Of a DNA stretch of 32,000 bases, positions 1-10,100 are shown piece after piece. Each line of letters starts with the position of its first letter. The stretch's first letter is position 1. The DNA comes from an uncultured bacterium (GTDB lineage: Bacteria; Auribacterota; JACPWU01), in assembly GCA_964640155.1 (NCBI GenBank), contig CAZXEQ010000001.1, positions 79,156 through 111,155 on the forward strand, in the 5' to 3' direction. A model generated the notes under the pieces. The model had not been told where the DNA came from. It ran no database searches and was given only the letters and a program-made list of their open reading frames with translations. Made by a program: the position numbers and the translations under genes.

Positions 1-925
1 AATTTTTGGTATTCAACTCCTTCAAAAAGCCTTCGATCTTGGAATCAATTTTTTTGATACCGCAGATACCTATGGCAATGGGTATGGCGAAACCATTTTA
101 GCCAAAGCCCTTAAAAGCAAGCGTGACAAACTTGTTATCGCTACTAAATTTGGCTATGACATTTACAGTCCTCCACCTGAAAAACGAGGACATCAAGAAC
201 TACCTCAAAAATGGGATGCTGAGCATATTCGCTTTGCCTGTGAACAAAGTCTTAAACGTCTTGAAACAGATGTTATCGACCTTTATCAACTTCACAATCC
301 CAGAATTGATACTTTAAAAAAAGACGAAATATTTAATACTTTAGAATCTCTAAAAAAAGAGGGAAAAATCAGATCCTATGGAGTCGCGTTGGGACCGGCT
401 ATCGCAGAAAGACAAATTGAAGAAAGTCTTTATTCTATTCAAATCCGCAAAGTTCATGGAACTCAAATCATCTACAATCTTCTTGAACAAATGATTGGAG
501 AAAAGATTTTTTCAGCAGCCCGCGCAGAAAACTCAAGTGTCCTTGTCCGTGTCCCCCATGCATCAGGTCTGTTAGAAGGCGTATACACACAAGATACCAC
601 CTTCACGGAAAATGATCATCGCTTTCATCGCATCTCAACAGATGAGAAGAAAAAATTGTGGCTTGATGATGGTCTCAAAAAAGTGGAACAGCTTCAATGG
701 CTTGTAAATGATAAACGTACTTTGGGACAAATGGCCATTCAATTTATTTTATCAGAGCCTTCTATTGCTTGCGTATTTCCTAATATTTATGATTTGAAAC
801 AATTAGAAGAATTCGCAAAAGCTCCAGATACTCCCACACTCACTCAAAATGAAATTTCTAAAATCCAATCACTTTACAAAAGCAACTTTGGCCTACAAGC
901 ACCTCAACCTGCTGTTAAAGCATAA
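1..925 (+). CDS. aldo/keto reductase family oxidoreductase (5' end outside window)
   Basis: The frame starting at nt 2 is open to TAA 923-925. The translation IFGIQLLQKAFDLGINFFDTADTYGNGYGETILAKAL...TDVIDLYQLHNP...GKIRSYGVALGP carries typical AKR signatures. The ORF track shows only the part after an internal Met (389-925). Confidence 0.85.
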   Translation, partial: IFGIQLLQKAFDLGINFFDTADTYGNGYGETILAKALKSKRDKLVIATKFGYDIYSPPPEKRGHQELPQKWDAEHIRFACEQSLKRLETDVIDLYQLHNPRIDTLKKDEIFNTLESLKKEGKIRSYGVALGPAIAERQIEESLYSIQIRKVHGTQIIYNLLEQMIGEKIFSAARAENSSVLVRVPHASGLLEGVYTQDTTFTENDHRFHRISTDEKKKLWLDDGLKKVEQLQWLVNDKRTLGQMAIQFILSEPSIACVFPNIYDLKQLEEFAKAPDTPTLTQNEISKIQSLYKSNFGLQAPQPAVKA

Positions 926-931
926 GTTCTA

Positions 932-1141
932 ATGAAACCTTGCTGCGGAAAAGAAATCAAACGTTCTATCAAGAAACATCGGGATGTAGCTACCTGCGAT
1001 CAATGTAAGTCCCTCATTTTGGCTTACGGAGATGAAGCAGACTTTCAAAAAATGCTTCAGGGATTGGAAAAAAGCAAAATCTCTTTTGAAACTGGAGTTT
1101 CTGGCAAGTTAAAAATTGTTATCAAGCATTTAGTTAAATAA
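932..1141 (+). CDS. hypothetical small Cys-containing protein (69 aa)
   Basis: ATG lies 6 nt after the AKR stop, with no clear Shine-Dalgarno, so translational coupling is possible. It has CC-x16-C-x2-C cysteines and no family I recognise. It ends 11 nt from the convergent stop of the giant gene. Confidence 0.4.
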   Translation: MKPCCGKEIKRSIKKHRDVATCDQCKSLILAYGDEADFQKMLQGLEKSKISFETGVSGKLKIVIKHLVK

Positions 1142-1152
1142 ACAAAAATGAA

Positions 1153-4100
1153 TCAAGCTGCAGCATTAAAAGACTCCGATCTTTCTACAATCACTTGTTT
1201 TCTTTGAACATTGGGCAACTCTCTCAGCGACTTTTGCCCTCTATCAATCTGTCTTTTCCTTGAACGTCGTATTTGTGTACCAACAGCTTCTTCTCTTTCT
1301 CCCAATTCACGAGCAATACGATTGACCCATCCTTGAAAAATCTCCTCTTCGAAAGGTTTTTCCTCTTCACTCATTTGATCGAGGCTCTCAGCAATTCTCA
1401 TAATCGCTAATTCTAATTTTCCTTCTCGGAAAAGTTTTTCCACTTCGGCTTCTAAAGTCACTGTTGCTAAATCCTGTTGCTGTTGCCTTTGTCTTAGTGC
1501 TACCAAGCCAAAAACAATGGTTAAAGCTGGAGGTAGAATCATTCTTCTTGGCGCACCGCTATCAGACACTGTAAGACGAATATCTGGCGCATTATAATAC
1601 CTGGTTCCGATTGAGTTATCTCCTGTAGAAGAAGCCTCTACGGCTCCTGGAACAGAAGGCAAAGCTAAAAGCCCTATCACTCTTTCATAAAGACTACCTG
1701 TCCATCGTCGGACCTCTAAGACTTCACCCCTCTCATCCCTAACATTTGGATGTAGAGAAATAGCATCTCTTAAGGCCACCAATGCTATTAAAAAATCTCT
1801 TCGAACAATCACCTGATTCCCTGATAACTGTACATCCTCTAAATCCAGACTGTCAGAGAAAACCAAGCGTCCCTCACGATAAAGGGTCAATATTTGAGTT
1901 TTTCTTTCAGGGGAAAGATAACGCCCCCAAAATTCTATTAAATAATGATCTACAACATCGATATGAGAAGGTTCTGAAGCCTGATACTCAGAACTAGAAA
2001 TATAAAAATCGCCGGCTCTCCAATGTGCAATTCGCTGCTGACGCGCAACATCAGCCACCCCTTGCAACCTCTCTCTTGTAATGATGTCTGATGACAATTG
2101 AATAAATCTTAAAATTTCATAAGGTTTTAAAGCCAAATAATTTGCAACTTGTACTCTTTGTTCTATTTGTTCATACGTTTCTTGGAATGTTGAGTTAGAT
2201 GGAAAAGTACATTGCCCAAACAAAAGCCTAATAGGCTCTAAAAGTACATTTAACTCTCTTTGCGTTCTGTCTCTAACCTTTTGTATTTGATCTGCAGGTA
2301 AGTCCTGTCCCAAATCCAAAAAGGTTCTCTCCTCTTCAATAACCTGTCTTGCAGTTTGAAGCAAAGCTGTAAAAACACGTTCAATCGGTCGATGACCCAA
2401 GACCTCTTGTTGACCACTATTTTGATCGAAAGGAGCTCTTTCGGAATAAATCCTTTGAAGATTCATTCTCGAAAAAGCTATTTCAGGAGTGATAAGCTCA
2501 CTTACATCTCCTTTCCCCCTAACAAAACTAGCTTCGGAAACAATCATTTCACTCAGAGCAATCATAATATCTGTTTCACCAATGCCCATTTGACGTAACG
2601 CTTGAAGATAATTTTCTGTATCAAAACCCTGAGCAGGAATAATCTCTAAAGCAATCGGCATAAGGATTGCTAGAAGCTCAGCTCTTGTTTCCAGAAAATC
2701 CTGCCAATGCAAAATGAGATAAATAGAAAACACCCGAAAAGCGTTTTCTTGACCCAAAATCTGACGGATTTCTTGAGGTGTTTTTTCTCCCAAATCTCCA
2801 AAAACTTGGTCAAAAACATAATTTCTAAAATGAAAAGAACCATACAAACTTGCAGAAACAAAAATTTGAAGCTTAAGGTTCACCGATAAACTTGGAAAAA
2901 TTTCTTGAATGATTCTTTCCAATCTTTCTCTTGTTGCTGCATCTAAAGAAAGGTTTAGAGCCTGCGATATTAATGAAATATAAAAAGCCTTTTCATTATC
3001 ACTAAGACTACCTCTTCGAATAGACACTTCTGCCTCCGTTAAGATTTGAGTAACAGCTTCTTGTGATGCAAACCCTCCTAATCCCATAGCTAGATTTAAA
3101 AGATTTTGAGCAGCTGAGCGATAATAACTATCGTGATAGCTCACGGGTGTATACGGAATATCTATATTGCAAAGTCGAACGGGATGATACCGACGTTGAT
3201 AACGCTGAAAAAGAGCTCTTATTTGTGTTAAATCTCCAGAGGCAATCACTCTGCGGGCATGAAACAGCTCAATATTACTCAAACCTGTCGAGATCTCACC
3301 GAATTCACGCATCACTGTCTGAGGGTCGTCAGAACGAGCAGCCCATATACCCGGCAAAGTTATTTGTCTTACAGGATGATTCTGTAAATATTCTAAAAAT
3401 CTTTCCCCCACTTCATAAAAATTGTCACTGGGGATAGCGGCTTGATGATATAGTCCAAACACTTTTAAAAGAAAATCCAATTCAGAAGAAGCCCCATGAT
3501 CCCTTAATTCCTGATCAATATTTCTAAAATCAGGGTCCATTGCTAAAATATCCTCAGCAATCATCACCGATAGAACTGGGATCAGCACGCTTTCAACAGC
3601 ATCAACTACTCCTGCCCTGTAAAAAAAATTTTGATAAAAAGCCAATGCCTCTATAATATTTTGAGGTCTTAGATTTCTGCGCTCTTCTCGAACGAGATCT
3701 ACCACAAAAGACCGTGCAGCTACTTTAGCTTCTTCTGAAATCGGAGCTCTATTTACCTCAAATAAAAAACTCTGAAAACGACTCATTTGAACTCTTAAAT
3801 TATCCCCTTGTCCAGAATCTGTTCGTCGAGACATAGACAGAAAAATCCTTCGAGTATCATCAAAATATCTCTGCCGTTTTTGAGGATCCGCCAAAAGCCT
3901 CATAGGTAACCGCATCAAATCACCTTCAAGACTATCCCTTCGCATCACTGCAAGAAGCCGCTCTTGAATAGGAATATCAGTTAATGGACCATTCACTTGT
4001 TGTTGAATCACTTGAACACGTGGCCTTCCCATCAAAGGGCGAACATGTTGATTCATAAATAAAACCCAAGGGTCGTTGGTCGTAACCACTCCATTCAATT

Positions 4101-7100
4101 GAAGATAATTGAGAAAACTTCCATTGAATCCAATAATGCTTTGTCGTGGTTCATCTGGTGTATATCCACGGTCTGGAGTGAAGGATGGGTTACGACGATG
4201 CCATTCCTGCGCAATCACTTCATTACTTCCCCAAATTAAAAGCCCTAAACCTTGTCGGAGTTGTTCTGCATGAGGTGAGGCTGGAACACGAGCAGGATCC
4301 GCAAAAACATAATACCAATCATCAGGATACTGAGCTTGCAATCGAATAAGTTCTTGAAAAAAATAGCGCTGCCGAGAAAAAAAATTTAAGAAGCTGCCCA
4401 TCATCCGAAGCTCCTCCGAAGTAAAAGAAGATAAATCTCCAAAATGAAGCGGAGCATAAATGTTATTTAAATATTCTGCCGTAATTATTGCTGGAGTAGG
4501 ATCATAATTACCTCCATACCCTCCTCTGGATCTCGCCCTAGCTACCTGTGCTTGATATTGAGCTTGAGGACTATCTTCTCTTCTCCAGCGATCTTCTATC
4601 CCCTCTAGTTGAATCCACAAAGTAGACCTTTGAACAGGTGTCAATCCTTGTGAAAATTGATCAAATGCCGTGTTTGCAATTTCTTGGTTTAAACCCCAGC
4701 GTCTGCTTTCTCGAATCAAATAAGCTCTAAACGCATCTCCATTTCCAACATCCACGACTTTTCCATCCGCAAGCTTTTGAGCTGCCATCAAAGCCACACG
4801 TCCAAACAAGTCATGAATCATTCTTTCATTTTCTTCTCCCAAAGCGCCAATATCAGTTAAAAGACCTAAAGCAACATCATTGACCATTTGAAACATATCC
4901 TCTATAAGTCGAAAATCAATGGTTCTATCTACATTTTCATAAGCTCCCACAGCTCTTGAAGCAATTTCCAGTTTCTGAGATATATAAATATCTGTTCTTC
5001 TCAACAAAGTCCTCAAAGAATAGATTTGCCTTAAATCTTCTGGATAATCTGAATCTGAATAAAGAGGGGCTTGGTTAGAAGATTCATTCGATTGCCCTGC
5101 TGTTCTATCTGGCCTGGCGGCTTGGTCTCTTTCGTGATGTTGTCGAATTACACTTTCCTGAAAAACTTGTAAGCGTCGATCTCCTTGTCGAACAAATGTG
5201 GTAGGATCCCTGTTCACCCATCCGCGCCCTCCTCTAGGATTCATGGTTTGACAAATAGCATGAAGCTCTGAAATATCAATCCAGCGACTGCTATTCACAT
5301 CAATTGCCCCATGAACAAGTCGGGCTGGAATTCCTACATATCTTAAAAGAAGCATTTCATACATCGCTAAAACAGCACAAGCAGCTTTGATCTTCTTCCT
5401 GCGCCTAAAAGATTCTTCTTCAAACCCATGATCCAACCAATGTTCAGGAGGAACTGCAAACATTCGTGCAGCATCTTCATCCAACCCATATTCAAATCGA
5501 TCTTGCATAATTTGCTCTACACCTGTGAGTCGAAGGTCATAATCGTCCAACATTCTCAAAGCATCGAGCCGAGCTCTTAAGGTCGGAGGAATGTTTCTTT
5601 CACTCTCAGGAAGTTGTGTATAGTGGGCTATAAATTCTGATGAAGGGGTAAAAGGTACCGGTTGAAACTCATCGAGATGATAAGAAACAATATTATATCC
5701 TACGGGAAGATGAAAACCTTGTAAACGCAAAGTAGCATCTCCGTAAGAATTTGGCACGAGATTAAATCCTTCTGTTCGACCATTGACACGAATACTTGAA
5801 GGGTCAACACGAGAATGAGATGTTCTAAAAAGGCTTATTTCTGAGCCCTGAAAATACATAGTCACTGTCACTCCCTCACCCATTCTTGTTTCAGATAAGG
5901 GAGCATCTGGGAAATCAAGTACTTCCTGAACAACTGCTCCATTAGAATGAACACTCGAATAAGTCCCCAAAGAATAAAATCCTCCGCCTCGACTCAATTG
6001 AGCCAACCAGACGCCTCTCTCACGCAAACGTCCATTTTCAAAAGCACTGTCCGGTTCTGACAATGTATTAGGTCTAAATTCTCTCATTCCAGAAAGCGTT
6101 TGAAGATAACGCGCCCCTCTTTCCACATTATGAAAAAATAAAGAAGCTCTTCTAGAAACTCCAGCCATCATCTCTAATCTTCTAAAACCTCTCACAAAAG
6201 AAGGAACCCAAAAAAGTGTTTGGGCTGGAACTGTTTCTACGGTTTGACGAAGACGAACGCTTGACTGAGCAACAGATGCAGCTTGATCTCTGATCACATG
6301 AACAATGGTTTCAGAATGAAGTCCAAAACTTGAAAATACGATATATAAAACAATCCCCCATCTTAATATCCTAAAAATAAGCCTTTCTTTTAAAGAAGTT
6401 AAAAAGCTAACCCAAGGTCTGGCTACAGTTGTTTTAGATTCTTTAATTTCAAATTTTTCTAAGATTGCTTTTTCTTCAGTCTGTACAGGAGGCGCTTTTA
6501 AGGTTTCCAATGTCTTTTGACTTTGATCTAACAGAACTTTGTGAATTTTGGTTTCAAGATCTTCTAATTCTCCAATAACATCTCTTGATCGGTAAGATTC
6601 TAATCTTTCAATTTTCTTCTTTCTTTGATTCATTTGTCCTACTTTTTCTTTCAATTGATCTAGCTCTTCTGCCAACCTTCTTTCCTCCAAAGCATCACGC
6701 TCAATTGAAAAAGAATTGCTTCTAATTTTTTCAAGTAGGTTTTTTTTCAGTTCTTCTGCGCTTCCTTCACCCTCAATTAATCCTTCTGCATTTTCTTCAA
6801 TTCCAATCAACCTTTGATATTTCTGATGTAATTGAACATTTTCTCTTTCCTTACGAGCAATATCCACCCGTATCTTTTCTAAATCCCCCTCTAGTTTTTT
6901 TTGCTTCAATAACAGGTCTTCGACTCTTGCCTCTCCGAATATATTTTGCAGCTCTTCTTTTAATCGAATTATTTCTCCTTCAAAACGCCAAGGAGGTGCA
7001 TCTCTTGGCGTTTGAGTCATGGTAACTTCTGAAGTAGGAAGCAGACTTTGAATATGTTCAGTCCTTCGATAGATTCGATCATTTCGAAGCGTTCCTTTCT

Positions 7101-10100
7101 CCTTCTCTCTCAAACGTAATTCCAGTACATCTGCGAGAAAAATTCCTGCTTCCTTTTGAGTTTCAGGATTTAAAGTTGGGAAAATCTCTACTAATTCTTG
7201 AGCAATTAAAATTAAAGGAACAACTTCAACCTCACCATTTTCATAAATACGCTGCATATCATATCCATTCACAACAACTCTTATGAGTGGAGATTCTTTT
7301 TGAGAATCAATAATTTTAAGTCCCTTGGCCAAAAGCTTTCTTAAACTAAACGTAAGAAGCGAATCCTCAACTTGTTTTGATTGAGTCTTTTCTTCAAATG
7401 CAATTCCATGTTCTTGAGGTCCCGTTCGAAGAAGAGCTATCAGAAACTCTAGAGTCTGTTCTTCCAAAGTTTCTCCCTGTACATCCTTTCGAGACAGGCC
7501 AAATGTTTTTTCTCCAGAAACGTTTTTGGGAAAAGCAAATTGAAGAAAATTTTTCAAATCAAGAGGAACGGTATAAATCTCATAAATAGAAGAGCTTTTT
7601 TTTCCTTCAGCAATATCATAAGCCTCTTGAATGGTTCTTTCCGCTTGATGATAGCGAGAACGCCCCTTAATAACATGCCGACTTCCTAGCGAAATAAATT
7701 CAAATACAACTCCGGGAAAATCATTTGTTATTCGAATATCTATAGATTCTATACCTGCAACACTGATCTGATAGTGGATCAAGAAATAAGCCAGACGCAA
7801 GGACTGTAAATATTGATCCAAAGCCTGAATCTTTTTGAACAGGTCATTTTTAGTCTTATCATTCGCGCTTATTGACAAATTCTGAAGTTTTTTTCGAATT
7901 ATTAAGATTTTTAAGATTTCAGAAGGATAATCAATATTCTGAGCAGTTAAACTTCTGGCCCCCTCTTTTAGAAAAATAGAATCAACACCTATTTCATCTA
8001 ATGAAATTTTTTCTTTCGTGGCACTTTTATACGAAATTAATAAATTCTCTGAAGAACTCTGTCCGTCTTCAGAATCATCATCTAAAACAACTCTTTCTCG
8101 AAGAAAAACAGCCTCAGTCGATTTTAGATTTGACGACTTGCCTCTGACAACTTGAGCTACCTGCCCCTTCTGATTTCGTTTCAAGAAAAAAATATTCTTT
8201 CCCTCCCATACATCTAAAGGATTTCGTGAAATCTTCGGACTGACAATCACAGCGGGGGAAAACAGATTATAGGAGGCTAAAAATGATACCAACTGTTCTT
8301 CTTGAGCTGTCAGCGCGCTTAAACTTTCAAAAGGATTTAAGGATATTTCTGTTTGATCCTCAGAAATAGGCACAGATAATGTTTTTTCCTCTTCTATTTC
8401 TAAAGCTCTTTGTCTTCTTAGATTTTTAAATTTTACAAAGAGAGTTTTTCCTGTTTTTTTAAGAGTTGACCCAACCCATTTAAAAATAACAAAAACATTA
8501 AATAGAACAAAGGGAGCAATCAATAAAGTTAAAAAAGGCAAACCTAAATAGATAGAAAGAAGAGAAGCAGCATTTAAAACAATATAAAAATCTACAGCAA
8601 AACCAACCATCTTTTGTACTTTTTTAGGCAATTTTCGATAAAGGGGTGTTAAAAAAAATTCAGAAGCAATTCCCAGAAGAACAAGGGTTAATGCAGCACT
8701 CATTGTAAAATGAGCTCCGATGAGGCAAATAAAAACAACAAAAGGAAGAACAAGATAATACAAAAGCGTTTGGCTAACTCTACCTAAAATATGAAAGGCT
8801 CGACGCAAAAATCCTTTTTTTACCTCTTCCTTCTCAGTCTTCTTAAAATACCACCGACCAAATTTGACAATACCTGACTCTTCACCCCAGCGTCTGGCCA
8901 CAGCTGCCACAACTAAACGCCCTGCTGTTTTCATATTTGGATTAAATCGATCCCATTGCAAGGTGCAGTTTTTATGTTTAGAAATGACTTCCACCAAAAT
9001 TCTTCCTTCTTTATCATCTAAATCTCTTAGTATATCCCTATGTTTCTTAAACCATCGATTGACGATTTGATGTACTGTTTTTTGATCGGCCTTACTTAAA
9101 ACATCGATCAATTCTTTAAGCAATGGCTTTAATATATGCCCTTCATCCAATTCCAACTGCTCATGAATTTCTCGCTCCATCGCACTCACTGGAGAAAGCA
9201 TTTTTTTGATAGGATCAGAACTCGGTCGTAGCAAAAGTCTATCTTTGGAGAACTCTTCCCCATGAATCTCATCCCATTGTGTTTTCATCACAAAGTCGTA
9301 ACGTTTAAATCCCAACTCCCCACGAATTTCAGGCGTACAAGCAATATAAGAAATCTTTTTCTTCTCCAAAATTTTCTGAATACCCTCGGTATGAAAACCT
9401 CCGGTGATCAACACAGTCACCGGTCCCCTGTCTCCAGTCTCCAGCAAATCACTATTTTGGGTTTTCTGACTAGGAACTCGCGACTGACGACTGGTGACCA
9501 TTAACGCTTTTTCAGCCATCACTTCATCACGTTTCAGAGCAAACTCATAAAATTTTAGAGCTTCTCTCATGCAATCATCAAATTGATGAATTATTTGAGA
9601 ATTCTCTAGATTTAAATCTTGTACATTATATTTTTGAGATAAAGCCTGCATCGTTATTGCTCTTGATTGCGTATTTTTAAATCCTTTTAATCCAGTTGTT
9701 TCTAACTCTCTTCGCGTCAACTCCAAACGAATTAATTTCTTAAAAATCTTCCATGTTTCATCAAAATCAGCAATGTCTTCTACTTTCTCCAATCTTGCCT
9801 GTTCATAAAGAAATCCTTGAACAAAAGATATTAATTCATTCCACAAAACATCAAAATCAAACTTCTTCTCTTTTTGGCTAATGCTAAGCCACGTTTGTAA
9901 TTGAGGATATTCCTTCTGGAATAAATCTTTTTGAACACTATTTTCTTTTTCATAATTCTGTTTTAATTGAGCCAAGTATTCATCTGCCTTAATATGACCT
10001 AATCGATATTCCAATGTTATTTTCACAATTTCTTTGAATGCATTAGGCGATAATCTTGTCTGAAGATCTTTGATAAGTTGATCTAATTGTGTTTGTGCCT

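Noticed and set aside
123-317. 64-aa plus-strand ORF
   Set aside because: It is out of frame within the aldo/keto reductase gene, whose frame (from nt 2) is open and carries clear AKR motifs across this interval.
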